Below are positions 34,233 through 47,800 of a stretch of DNA of 64,000 nucleotides, piece after piece. Under the pieces are notes generated by a model. The model searched no databases and was not told the DNA's origin. It was given only the letters and a program-made list of their open reading frames with translations. Positions within the stretch are counted from its first letter, which is position 1; each line of letters starts with the position of its first letter. The stretch is from Lama glama. Lineage: Eukaryota. The stretch is from NCBI GenBank assembly GCA_028534125.1, contig CM052816.1:44084001-44148000 (forward strand), written 5' to 3'. The translations under genes and the position numbers were made by a program.

Positions 34233-37200
34233 CCCTTTTACAGATTTCCTAGTATATTGTTTGTTCTTTATGTTATTTTAAGCTCAACAAACTGTGGGTT
34301 AATAGATTTAATTGGTGTGAAAGAAGAACATGCTTGGTGTAAATTAAAAAGACATTTCAGAAAATTGCTATTAATGTGGTATGCAAGGTGGTTGTAGCTT
34401 AGTTAGGTTAATTGAATAACTTGGTCATTCTAATCGTTTTTGCATTCCAACTCCAGCTGGAAAGTTTGGTCATTAATAGAACACTTGTTTTAAGTAATAG
34501 CTTACCACATACATAAGTAATGAGGTTTGTAAATTCATTGACAAGATTGTAGAAGCTGAAGTAACACAATCATGTTGCAGTGAGGAGTGTTTGGCTCTTT
34601 TTCCTCTTGAAGCATCTCGGCTTGGAGTGGCTCCTGAAGAAGAGTTTAACCACATTCCAGCAAATCTCTTATCTGTGGCTGCCGTCTACACTACTGAGCT
34701 CTGTGGACCTGGTCTGATGCTCGGTTCAGTTTCTGCAGCATCTTTATTAATGCTCTAAAAATGAAACTGGATATTGACAAAGCTATGTAAATGTCAGAGA
34801 TGGCAATACAAGTGGACCAAAATACAAGCACAGAATTTTTACAGTATAGAGCAGTGCAAAGTGATAGCTATGAAAGGAAAGAACCACAGACTCAAAAGAC
34901 TGGCGGGACTGAGGAAATGAAATGACAGACTTAAAGACAGTGATGTAAAAGAAAAAAAATTACATTGAGTGTGATTGGGTAGTAAAGAAGAAACAACATT
35001 ATTCAGAGTGCTTATGTAAGAGGCTACCGTGAAAAATAAATTTGAAGATTTTTATAATGTTTCTAAGATCCATTTTTTTTTATTCCATTACTGTTTTGCT
35101 TCAGTTTTCCGTTCACAGCCTGATTTCTGGTTTTCCTCGTTCTCTCCCTTTCAGCAAATTCTAGACCCACAGTCAGAATAGCCTTTGACAAAAATCACTC
35201 TGATTAGATGATCATCTACTCTGCCCTTCCTTTATTTCCTACCCCTTACGTCCTTAAGTCACACTGTGTTACCCTCCTGGCATTAAGATAGTTCTCAGTT
35301 TTTTTCCACCTGAGTTTATATGTCCTTCAGTTCTTTGCTATCATCTCGAACACAGCTTAATCTTTAAAAATATTTTATTAGCTTTTATTCATTTAATGCT
35401 TAAATAGATACTTGAATAGAATCTTCTACAATTTAATACTGCATTCCATGTAGAGTTCAGTTTGTGGAAGACTGAATTCTTATCCCAAATACAGTTAAAG
35501 GATTGAGTTATATCTAAATGTTGAAAGGAAAAAAAAAAGCCTACCGATGTGTGCCTAAGTAATAATAAAGGAAGACGAAACAAAGATTATAGTAATAGAA
35601 GATTTTCAAATAGAAGCTTTGTCACTTAGTTCTAAGACTGGGCTGATTTCTTAAATCTCTGTTCCTGGGTAGTGTAAAATGGAGTAAATGATATTGAAAT
35701 TATACATAGGATCGCCTAAACTTAAGAGCATTTTCGCTTTATAAACATTTCTGAGTAAAGCAAATGTTTCTTACTACTTTAGCAATTTCCATTGTCTTAT
35801 TCAGACTGTAATTGTTTTCTAGAAAGCCATTTTCCCCCGTAAGAATTCTTCTCTTTATGAAGTTTTCAGTGAATGTTCTTTTAAGAACGTTTTATTCGAC
35901 TGAGAAGCAATGGGAGAATGTGAAATTAAGATGGCATGGATTTAGAAGGAGTAATAAATATGGTCTCTGAGATACAGTCTAAAAAACAAGCTGTTTTCTA
36001 CGATTATAACAATTAAATGACAAAGACAATCACCGAAATATAGTATAGTAATTTTAAATCTTCTTTTAGAAATTGTATACATTGTATTAAACCAATTCAT
36101 AACTGATAAGATTTTAACATACATGTTCTGTAGTGCTACTCAATGGAATACAGGGCACTGATAAAAGGTTTTTTTTTAGGTATTTTGTCAATGGAAGCAA
36201 ATGACACGTGATTCTAGTCCTAGTGTCAGTCTGCTAATCACCACAGCTAATCAGACCTGGCATTCTCATGGTTCAGTGGCCAGCAAAGGGGTAAATGGCC
36301 AGTCTTTGGCATTAAGGAGTTAAATACTCCTTAGTCCAAACTTTGAAAAAGTTTTGCTCCATGCCCTTTTAGACAATGACTAGCTGTTAAGCTCAAAAAC
36401 TAATTAACATTTCAAAAACTAGTGTTAATCAGTATTAGGAAGACTCTGGGGAAACACTTCCCTGCAGACACCCTTTTCTTCCTTTGCTTTAAAGCCATAA
36501 CTTCTAAATTATTACTTTAATTTTAAGTTGTGTTTGGCACATAGTAAACAAACCTGAAAATCAGTAAGCTGAGAGAAATGGAATTTTGGGTTATTTCCTC
36601 ATTTCTTACTCTTTCTAATAGAGGCAAATCCTGTTGCCCTGATTTTATTTGTTTATAGAAACAGCCTCTAATATGTGCAATAATCTTATTCTTTAATGTG
36701 GATCCACAGACTCACAGGAGGTATGAGTGGATACAACTTCGTCACCTCCAGCGTTACTCTGTTCCTGCTGCTACCTGCAGATTTAGGAATAGGGCTGTCC
36801 AGTTGTATGAAATTAAAGTAATCTGATTTAAAATTTTGTGTTTAGGTTTCCAAAGGATCTTTGCAACCAAAATTCCTGCCCATAGCTTCATTTTACACAT
36901 GCAGGCACTGAGGCCCACAGTCAGAGAAGGAGCTAGCGGTGGATATGCATTTAGTATATAGGTGTTTCCAGTTCTACTCTGTTCTTCTCACTAATGAGTA
37001 TTTGGTCACATGAGAGTAACCATGTATTTAAAATTCTAGTTGCACTTAATTGGGATATGTAAGTAATAAACCTCTACTTTCCCATGAACTTAAAACATGT
37101 AAGATCTTTGGAGAGACTTTATAGACATAGTCAAGTAGGCTACAAGCATCCTTCTTGGATGCAGATGTGCATGTTTTTTAATAGGTAGGTGGTGGCTTAT

Positions 37201-38937
37201 TGAGTTATATATGATCTCTGGATTTCCTTTTTCCCCTGTATGATAACTATGCATTCTTGTAGTGAAGGTCATGCTGCTAAGGCTAAGGCTTTCTTTTCTC
37301 ATACTACCTAACTCATGTTTACTGCAATGCTGAAAGGAGATAGTGTATGTCCTCTTGCCTGGTACACAGAGTGTAATAAAGCACTAAAATAGACAAAGGG
37401 GTATTTAAATGGCAAGGTCTGGACCAACTGGAGACATAAGCTCATATCACGAAATTTTGAAGTACTACAAGAAGTCTCTGAAACCATGGATGTATTTGTG
37501 GGAGTACTTACTCCTGTGATGGTTTCATCAAAGAAGCTGCATGTGACAATATAGATATGATGTGATGTGTTCTGCCCTTAAACAATGAAATAAATGGATG
37601 CAGAGACTTCATGGGAGAAGTGATGTGAGAAAAGACCTCATACCTGTGCAAATTTCAAATCAAGAGCAATGGAAGCCATGACTGACACCTTTTCTTTTCT
37701 TTTTTTTTTTTCAATCTTATAAGCTTCACCTCACAAGCTGAGTAACAAATACAATCTTGAAGCCTAAAATGATTTGAGATGGTGGGGAAAACAATAGCGA
37801 ACACTTCTCTTTGGTTGGCACCATGTGCTCCTCTTAAAACCTTTTGTGAATTGTCTCTCTTCCTGGCAGTCCAAAGCTCTAGATTGCTTTAATTGTAACT
37901 TTGAGAATTTTGCAAGAGATTTTTGTACTTAATGACATCCAGTGGAGCAAACTTCCAAGAGCATTTGGTTTGGCCACCCAAGATGAAACACACTCCTCAC
38001 AAGTTGAACTCATTACTGACACAGAAAGCACTCTTTGGACTTAAGTGTAGCTAAGGAAAACTCAGATTTTTCTCAATCATTGTTTAAAGGTATTTTGCCA
38101 GTAGCTCTAGACCCAGTTGTGAACAAAGAGGAAAGAGTAGTAACGCTGTCCTCCATGCCTCCTTTCCTTAATTTTAGTCATTATAAAAGGCAAAATCACA
38201 AGCTGTAGGAACATGATGCTCTGTTGTCTTCATATGGAGTCATCTTAAGGGCTAAAACCCACTGACTTTATCCACCATTGAACCTCCAGTGTCCAGCATG
38301 TCTGAGTGTCACACCGTAGGACTCTGTAAATGGTTTTGGTTTCTGTTTACCTTCTTCTTTCACACAGTCTAAGAGGTTAGGGTTAGACCTCCATGCCTTC
38401 AGTGACTGGAGGATCAGGAAAGACTGGGAATAAATCAAAATGATGATCTTCCTAACTGGAAAGTTCTACCTAATACCAGCCGTTATGGTACCAGGTACTA
38501 TGCTACTGGGTAAACTTGTCTCCCGATGCTGAGGCAGTAGGCAGAAGTTGGCTAAGAACGAATTAGTTAGGATGCAGAATGAGTTCTAGAAAAAGGCTTA
38601 CCACTCTAAGGATTAAAGTATATGGACCTTTAGTATAAAGAAAGAATGGTCTGATTGTACACACTTTTGTGCAAATTAAAAAAAAAATCAAGTTGATGAA
38701 ATTTTTAAACGTAAGAAAACTATTTCAAATGTCACCTTTGGGAGAAAGTAAATTACAGGCATGTCTTATGAATATATGGTATGTATAATACCATGATTGG
38801 CTGTTAAAGAGCTTGGTTTTATATGTACAGGATAATGCAGGTACCAAATACCTACAAATGTTTATCTCAATGGAAAAGATAATGCTGAGGGAAGAGGGAT
38901 TTTTCTCTTTCTACATTATATATACCTGCAATACATA

Positions 38938-39085
38938 CCTGAGTGTTTTGATTTTCTCAACTGTAAAACTGTGATAATAATACTTATAACTTTCCAGAAT
39001 AATTATGAAAGTTATGTGGCATAAAAGATATAAAATTCATCTAATGGTAATCATAGGTGAGGTCAATGAACATTAGTTATTATTG
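38938..39085 (+). mobile_element. MIR SINE
   Basis: ttttctcaactgtaaaactgtgataataatac...tcaatgaacattagttattatt is the MIR core and tail. Confidence 0.7.
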
Positions 39086-39403
39086 GTCATATGATTATTG
39101 TTTCTTATCAGTAAAAGCAGTAAACATTTTAAAGATTAACACTATACTTAAAAAGGATCTGAATGAAACATTCTTTTTAAAGTTACTTTGTGTAAAAATG
39201 TACCAACACCCTCCTGTTGAGAGCTTCCCTGAACATTTTTTCCTATGTATGTCTCCCTGTTTTCCATGATCCATGTTCATTTCCTTATGAACATGTTACA
39301 TTTTATCATTAATTACTTATCCTACCTCCCTTACAAGTGTGTTAACATCATGAGGGCTGGGATGCCATCTCTTTTGCATTGCACTGCAGTCCAGCTCTAG
39401 ACT

Positions 39404-39837
39404 TGGGTCAGTTTCTTGGCTTCACATGACGTGAACCCAGTTCAGATTGCACTAAAGAAGAGTCTATCAACTTGGCAACCAAACATGGAAAACTAGCTCA
39501 CCAGGCCTCAAAGTAGCCGGAGTTCAAGGACTTCTCAGTGTTTATAGTCTGTCCCTCTTACTTTTGACATCTCTTCACCCTTAGAAGGCTCACTGTATTG
39601 TAGACAACCTGACTGCTTAACAATCTCGAGATTACACTTATAACTTGTTATCCAAAGGGAAATAGAGAGCTGCCCTGGAGAAAGTTATTGGTTAAGCCTG
39701 GGTCACATGCATAATCCTTGATGGGAATTGGGCTGTACAGACTGGCTCCCCCTGAAACCAGGGAAGCAAGCCAGTGCTGTTACTAGAAGGGAAAAGGAAT
39801 GTGGGAAAGAAAGGGGAAAGAACAGCTCTCTGCTACA
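39404..39837 (-). mobile_element. Old ERVL-MaLR LTR (MLT1J/K/L-like)
   Basis: attggttaagcctgggtcacatgc...gtgctgttactagaagggaaaaggaatg...ctaca are old MLT1 motifs. Confidence 0.65.
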
Positions 39838-42789
39838 GATATAAAAACCATTAAGTCAGTTATACAACAGATGACTATATAGTGCTTTTAGGTGTTTGAA
39901 AGCTACAGGTGACTTTACACATTTTTTAAGGAATGAAATTTAAATGTAAACCTTGGGCCACTTTGACATAAAAGTTTTGGTTGCTTTAATGCCATCACAA
40001 ATTTAGGTCAATAGATATGAATGTCAACCATCGATATCACCAGCCCATTCTTCCACTGTGGAAGGAGAGCAAATGGGGAAGTAGAGATGTAATTGGGGAT
40101 AAAGCTGCTAGAAAAGGGGGTAATTGGGGATGCTTTCTGTACGTCTATCCTTGACATCCTTGTCATGGAAACCTCCATGAGATAAACTACGAAAACCAGT
40201 TCTTCCAAGCAATTTCTAGAAGAAGAGTTGCATAAAACCTCAATATTCTATCAAAAATCCAACAATACAGAATATTAAATACATGTTAGATTTCAACCTA
40301 GACTTGTAATTTAGAAAAGGCAACTCAGGGAACCCTCTCTAAATCAAATAATATTATCACTGAGCTATGTTTAAAAGAATTGGTGCAGTAGAGACAGACA
40401 TCTTTCTTAATTGTTTTTGTCTTTTGGTCACTGCTACTCCACTTTCTGGGGCATGGAATTAAGGAGTTGGGATGACTGGATTGAGAAACTAGTGATACTT
40501 AGCTTCTGACATTTCTAGAAAAGTGATCCTTAGAATTAAAGATGGTTGCCCTTCAATACTTCATGGTTACATTGAGATTACTTTGGCCTTTGATCTTATG
40601 TATTATATGTTACATAAAATTTGTGGGGATTTTTTGTAGCTTGATAACACACATACCATCAAAAAATAGTTACAAAAGGGGAGGGTAGCCCTAGTGTTGT
40701 TCCTTGACTCATGAATGGACATGCACAGGGTCGTTAGCTGATGGAGGAGGTCTGGCACGGAAAATCTTTGACTGCTCTGATAAATGCAGATGATGATTAA
40801 GTATGTGACATTGTTCCCATTTATTCAGGGCTGAATCAATCAGTGCCCCAAGTCAGCCTGATGCAATGGGCTACTCTAGATGGGGTCTTCTGAATAAGAC
40901 AGAGTGTTAAAATGAGGTCATGACCACTTTTCATGGTACTTTTTTTGCTTGGCCACCTTCCAGCTTCGCTAATTAAAGTCTGTCTTTCTAAGGCCCCTTT
41001 ACAGTTTTAATTGGGTATGTTATTTCTCGTGAGTTGTATGGAATTGTTATTCACTGTCATAAGCAGTGGCTGTATTTCACTGCAGAGGTGGTTGCATTTC
41101 ATCACAGGGATCAAAGGAAGGGAAACATGAATATAACTTTTTTAAGAGCACTTTGCAATGCTTTGAGCCCTTTGGAAAAAAAGCACTAAAAAGGAAACTA
41201 ATGGTTTTCTTAAAATGTAAAGTATTGCTATTACTATTTTTGAAAGAAAACCTGAAGATGGAGGATATCTTTTCTGGTGGAGTTCAGGAAAATTATTTTA
41301 CTATTTTAGAAAAAAGAGCCTAAATAGGATAATTGCAAATTTGATGGGGGAAAAAAAAACAAAAAAACTTTGCTATCATCTCTGAGAAGTCTCTGTAATC
41401 TGTGTGGAGGGAAAATAGTTGCAACTTCTGAGCCTTTCTAAGGAAGACACTTTGTAGAATATACTGGTTTCTCAGTGCTGAGACAACCACTGCTGTTGCT
41501 CAGTTTATATTAGCTAAGGCTTTTTTACAGTTAATTTTCTCTTCCTTCTATACAGATTGACAGTCTATATTGAACAAATACAGTCCTAGACAAATGATAA
41601 ATTTTCACATCACACTGAGCCTTTGTTTAGCCTATTTTTAGTTACCTTAATTGATTGGTTGAGTCACACCTCTTGGTTGGGGGGGATGCCCCCACACACA
41701 TACACATGAAGTAAGAGTCTCTTTAGCACAGTGGTTGCATGGAAAGAAGGAAGAAAAAATAGTTTTTTTGCTACAGACGTAATAACCAATAAAGTTATTG
41801 GCTATTTTCCACGTGTTTCTATTTTAAGAATCAAGAAATGAGGTTACTTTAGCAGAATAAAGTAGAATACCTTAAAAGTGAGGGCAAAAACAAAAATACA
41901 AACAGATGAAATGGAAATATGGTTTAAAAATTATGGCTTAAAATAAATTAAAAAAAAAACCAACTTGGTTCTGCATTTCAACAATTAAAAGAAGAAAATA
42001 GAATACACCACCTTAGCTGCAGAGTTTCTCGTGTCTCTAAGATAAAATACCAATTGCTCAGGAATATAAAACCACTTCTTTTCCTAAAATCATTTGGTTT
42101 CCCCCCTGACTTGAGATGCCCATGAAGAAAACACTGCAATTTAACAACAGCCTCAAACACACCTTTATAGGAGACAGTTTGGCATAGGACTAATCACTAC
42201 AAAGATCTTAAAAATAGATGCAAGTGTTGTATAAAACCACAGTTCCAGTAGGAAAACTTTTGGTCATTCCTACCCAAATTAACATAGGTAACTTGTCTTC
42301 ACAACAGACTTGACTACTCAGTCCATAATTTTCGCTTTCTCATACCACACAGTTACATATAGCAACATTGACTGACTCAGCATCATGCTGTTTATTCAGT
42401 AACATGAGCATAGTAACGAATGACAGAGCTGCCTCGCTCTGTAGTTGTGTGTTGATACATACAAGTATTCACATGCATGTGCGTACCCACTATAAGAGAG
42501 TACCTTGTAAGTCTCTCATTCTCTATCCTGTTTTATTTTTCTTTGTTACACTTACCACTAATACTACCTAGGGGAAAAAAGTGTGTATATTTTCCCCCCA
42601 CACACACAAATCTTAGGAGCAGAGTAGGATTAATCATAATCTTTGCTTTTTACCACACTGCCATCTTTGGTCCTTGCTTGGTCCTCATTTTTATTCATTT
42701 ATTCATTCATTCATTCAGTATATAATGAACACCTTTGAACCTGACATCAAACCCCTAGATCTAAAACATTAAAACTAAGTTTCACTAAT

Positions 42790-43385
42790 GTGCTTTTTCT
42801 CTGTCCATCCTCCTGCTCTCCTCAGAAGCAGCGAGCCACTGTGCTGAATTCTGTGTTTATCATTTTTCTGCCTAAACACATAAATACATGCCTGTCCACA
42901 CATACATGCTTAACAAAGATTTTTTGATTGTTACTAATTTTTTAAAAAGTCTTTATACTGAATTTAATCTGTGGCCCACTTCCTGAGCTAAAATATAATC
43001 TGACTATGTTGTTGGTATCCATGGTTGTTTCCTACACTGCATAATATTTTATAGTGTAAATATACCCGATTTTTTCCATTTTTCCTGTCTATAGTCGTTT
43101 CCAACTTTATGCTATTCTTAATTGTATTACTGTACACATTTCTGTATCCATCTCTTTATGCAAATGTACAAGAGATTTTCTTGAGTTTATACCTAGAAAT
43201 AGAATTACGAAATCTTAGGTTATGTTCAGCTTGACAAGGTAAGAGCAAAATGTCTTCCAGTTTACACTCCTACCAGCCATATTTAAGACAGGCTTCTGCC
43301 TACATCATCTCTAATAGTATCATAGACTTAAAATTTCCAAACAAATGAATGTGAAGAGGTATTTACTTTTGGTGACATTTTATTT
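42790..43385 (-). mobile_element. L1ME-like 3' region, antisense
   Basis: ccactgtgctgaattctgtgtttatcatt...tatacctagaaatagaatt...ccagtttacactcctaccagc. Confidence 0.8.
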
Positions 43386-44160
43386 TTTATTTATTATTTG
43401 GTAATTTATTGTTTTTTCTTTAACTAAAATGTAATTTTCATAAAGCCTGGTACTTCTTCATTGTTCCCAGAACCTGTGATAGTGTCTGATACATAGACAT
43501 GCTCAAAGAATAATTTTTAAATGAGTTAGTATGAAATGGTGCATAACTCATTATAAAATTGATCTTTGACATTGTATTTGTATATGAGAAAATACATAAT
43601 TAGGGCATATAGTAAATTTCTAAAAATAAATGTTTATGGTGAAAGTAATTAGTCTTCTTTTTCAAGGCTGTATTGATAAGCATGTATAAAAATGGTTTTA
43701 CTATCTCTAGCCTGCTTACTAAACCTTCTTTGTGCATTGTTCTGAACAGGAGAACCATGAGATCATTTAAATTAAAAACACGTCATGATATTGCTAAGAT
43801 GTGAAAGGAAATTTTCCAACTAATAGAGCCTCAAAGGTATCTAAAACTCTCTGGATAGATGGATAGATAGAATAAATCTGTAAAGAAGGTATTAGTTCAT
43901 GATTGGTTCTCCAAAGACCTAGAATAGCTGCCACTCACTAACACGTACTATTTTAATGTAAACTTATATCATGATTTAAAGGCATCTCAAAGTTTCCTAG
44001 TACTCATTTGTCAATATGACCGTAAGTTTATGTTGCAAACAATTAATTAATAGAACTCTTAAAAGCAATTTTTGGTTCCTAATCTATAAATTTTGATCCT
44101 GGTAATATAGAAATGTTGCTAAATCAATTTTACTGAGATTTGAATACAGATTCTTCAGGG

Positions 44161-44640
44161 CAGTGATTCTCAAAGTGTGGTTTGAGAGACTGTGAGGGTC
44201 TCTGAGACATTTTCAGAGGACCTGGGGCTCACCAGTTCCTCTTTTCCAACTGCATATCTATGTGAGGCCAGATTTCTTTCATTTACTTTATTTAAAATAA
44301 CATTACAATGTCAGATTGCATGCTAAAACAGACAGGAGAATTCGTCTCTGATAAGCCAGACATTTAAAAAGATGTGTAAGATTACAAAAGAATGCCAGTC
44401 TTCTTGCTATTACTGATTTTTGGGAACTGTAATTCTTTCTATAAAAATGTATTTTATTAATGTTTAATGAGTTGATTATTTTAAAATACAGTAAAAACTT
44501 GTCAGTTTTAATTTCTAACGTGGGCAGGCATTTACAGGAGTAACCTATATAAACAAAAGCTTTTTGTGAAAGCTTTTTGCAAATCTCAGTGTTTTTTGAG
44601 AATATAGATGAGTCCTAGTACGAAATGTTTGAGAGCAGGT
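44161..44640 (+). mobile_element. Charlie1-derived hAT DNA transposon (internally deleted)
   Basis: Left end cagtgattctcaaagtgtgg, right end ...tgtttgagagc; 44243-44275 encodes FPTAYLCEARF, similar to the hAT C-terminal dimerisation motif F.TTYLCE.GFS; aagccagacatt. Confidence 0.85.
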
Positions 44641-44713
44641 ACTCTTGGGGAATTTCAACATACAGTTATAGACACAAAAGTTACACTTACCCTCGTCAGA
44701 AGAGTAACTGACA

Positions 44714-44840
44714 TATTCATTCATTCATCCAACAGTTTCAAGGCTCCCACTGTGTGTCAGGCACAGTGGCGCAGTCCTCAGCTGTTGGGATACAATGGTG
44801 GAGACTGAGTATGTGATCCTCTCCCCTTAGGGTACAGTTG
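44714..44840 (-). mobile_element. L2 3' tail
   Basis: attcattcattcatccaac...cccactgtgtgtcaggcacagtg...tgggatacaatggtg. Confidence 0.75.
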
Positions 44841-47800
44841 GCCCAAGCTATCAGGAGCGTGAGCTATGGCTTTGCATAAGAGAAGTTTTCTTTTATCAAT
44901 ATTGATATTTAAATTGCAGTGGCAATACTGGTATTATGGAAAAAACAATTTCTGACTTAAGTGGGATAGATAAGCATATGTTTTAAGCAATATGTGTTCC
45001 ATTCATTCTTACATGTACACGTACACATGATTAATGCCTCTGATTTTTAAGAATTAATGTGTTAAAAAGCAATCATTTAAATGTAATGCTTTTAAATAAA
45101 TGGAAATTGAGTGGACAGCCACAGAATTCTTTTAGAAATAAAATTTCAGATCACATGTGAAAAACTAATAAGCAAAAATAATTGTTTTGATTAGAAGTTT
45201 AATGAATTCATTGTCCCTAGTTAGACATAGGGTCAAATATACTCTCACTTTTTCTTTAGTGTTAATATTTTTGACTAATAACAACTTAGTTCTTTAAATA
45301 GGTTTTTTTTTTAAAAAAACGTGATAACATTGTGTCCTATTCTACTCACTTACCTAATACTGAGTCAGAATGTACTTTTTTGACCAAAAATAATCTAAAA
45401 ATAAAGACGTCTATAAAATTATTTCAAAGACAGTTCTGAATCTAGAAAACAAAGTGCAGAATTAGAAGGAAAACAAGTGACATGGAGCGAAACATACACT
45501 GATTAGAAAAGTACACAGATTGGAAAAAAATACTCACTTACTTCCTTTGATTATTAATTAAAATCTACATACCAAGCTTCATAAGCCCAGGCACAGGATT
45601 CTCATCACACCCTCTCGTATCTACATGCTCCACTGCAGGTCCCTACGAACACAGCCCACCGTGTGGTACACGTTTGCTGTGACTTGATAGGGGTGGAATC
45701 CTGAGGTGACGCTGCTGGAGGCTGTAATGCCCACTTCATTACCCTGTTGCCACCTTGGATTTTACCTGCTGCCTTGTATGTACATTTTTACCCTATTGAT
45801 ATAGGCTCTTACACCAAATGCCTCTCCTCATTCTGCTGAGCTATCCTCCAAGGTGTTTTGAACTAGACGTAGAATAGTAGGGCATTGTCATCCATTGCTT
45901 AATTATGATCATAATTTCCTTTATGACTGACATCCTTCACTCAGGAAGAGTGTGTAACCACAGGCTCACCATTAACGCCTCTTAAATCATCTCTATACCA
46001 AAGAGGAAAAACCTGCTGTAGACATTATGTTGGGAACACTGAAGTCTGGTTTTATGCTTTGGAAACCATATTGGCAGATGCATGCTATTTTATTATACAC
46101 TTGGCTTTCTACTTTCTCGTTGACTGTGGTGGTGGGCTTGTTCCATGGTGCCCACCCCTTTCTCTCTGGCCCAGTATCTGAGCCAAGCACCATGGGCACC
46201 CATGGGGTGAACTTGGCAGCAGTGAGACCCAGATGCTGGGCTCCACTATGTAATTTTCCAGCAACAGCATCTGGGTGTTTGGTTGGCCTTTTATCTGGCT
46301 TATGTTGTCTGTCATGGTGGCTGTAGAAAGCCTGTGAACCTGGCACAAGATTCATCTCCTCATCTGCGAGCCTATCTTGCCCATAGAGAATGCAATTTCC
46401 TATTTATTCTCATCTGGTCTTGCACAGTTATCCTCTGCAATACAACTGGATGAGGAACTGCAGTGCAATTCCCTGGATGTCACTGACATACTTAACCTTT
46501 CCACGTCTTCCCCTTTGGACTTCCCTCCCCAATCACATGCTCTGTATTTTCTACTTTTACTCTGTGGTTGTGTGTTCACTCTTGTCCCCATTTCCACTGT
46601 GAATCAGAAAGTGTAATAAAATGATTCAGTGGTTGGTACATGTGTGCAGGAGCCGTTTCCCTGTGATTGGACCCCGAGGGCTCTAGGCTTCTTTCGGCTT
46701 CAAGTTCTAATTTTAGACCCCAACTATCAAAATACAATTCATATCTCATGTGCCATATTCATCATCTGAATAAAAGAACATGATTACTAAAGTTTAAATA
46801 GGGTTGGACTTTTAATTAGAGTATTAACACAACATGGATATCTGTCTTTAATAACACTGCTTCAGCAAATATCAAATACTTTTCCTTCCATTTTAAAACA
46901 AGAGCATCTCATTTGAAAAAGATGGCATTTTCTTTTTCTTTCCTGGTTTTGATGTCAAGGAATTTTTTTTTTTAGGCTTTGGTTTTTATTAAGAATTTTT
47001 ACAGTTACACTTCATTTGGGAGCACAAAATATATAATTTGCATATTTTTCGTTGTGTTTTTAAACCAATAAGATGCACAGTGATAACCAAAACATTGTCA
47101 TAAGAAAATGTGGTTAAGTCTTAATACTAAAGTAATCATTATCAGATTGTGAAATTGAATTTGATTTTTTTATGATCTAACTTACAAAAGAAAAATTATG
47201 TAGGCTCATAGTTTTCCTTGATGTGAAAACATAACTCTCTATATGGTAAGAAACGTGACATCTTTCCTACTGACAAGTGCTTACAGTCCTGTTCATTAAT
47301 TTTATCACTAACATAAACTTTTAATATGCATATGCTCAGAATATAGGACTTCCAGGGCAGCTTAAAGTGACTGTAACCTGTAATTACTGTTCCTGTACTT
47401 GATTATAATAATCTGATTGCAATTATTCAGTAATTTTAATACAAGCCTCAAGCTACATAACAATAATTCAAGTTCAGTGATTAGGAACATGTTTCTGTTT
47501 GGCTGTGAAATGATGTTTTAATCCATAGTGATTCAAAGATCTGAGCTATCTGTCGTTCTGTTCAGGTAATTTAAGTACATCTGTATTGTCAGGTAAAGTA
47601 ACCTTATTTTGAAATAGATTAATTAATGCAAAAATTCCATGTAAGTAAAAATAAATAATAACATGCATTCTCTAAGGAATGGTAATAAAGCAAAGATACT
47701 TATTGTGGGGTAACTTGACCTCTATGACGATATGTCTAATAATTGCAAGTGGAGGTGAAGGAGGAGACTGGGTGGGCCAGCCAATAGCTACATCAGTGAC

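Noticed and set aside
34690..34990. Possible CR1/L3 fragment (also about 38450-38700)
   Set aside because: Resemblance too weak to call without a profile search.
36313..36335. Hairpin taaggagt-taaat-actcctta
   Set aside because: An 8-bp stem is unremarkable by chance in 64 kb and far too short for a pre-miRNA.
44683..44695. Strong minus-strand donor AGG|GTAAGT (similar one near 58065)
   Set aside because: Isolated, adjacent to or within L2 remnants, with no matching acceptor or reading frame.
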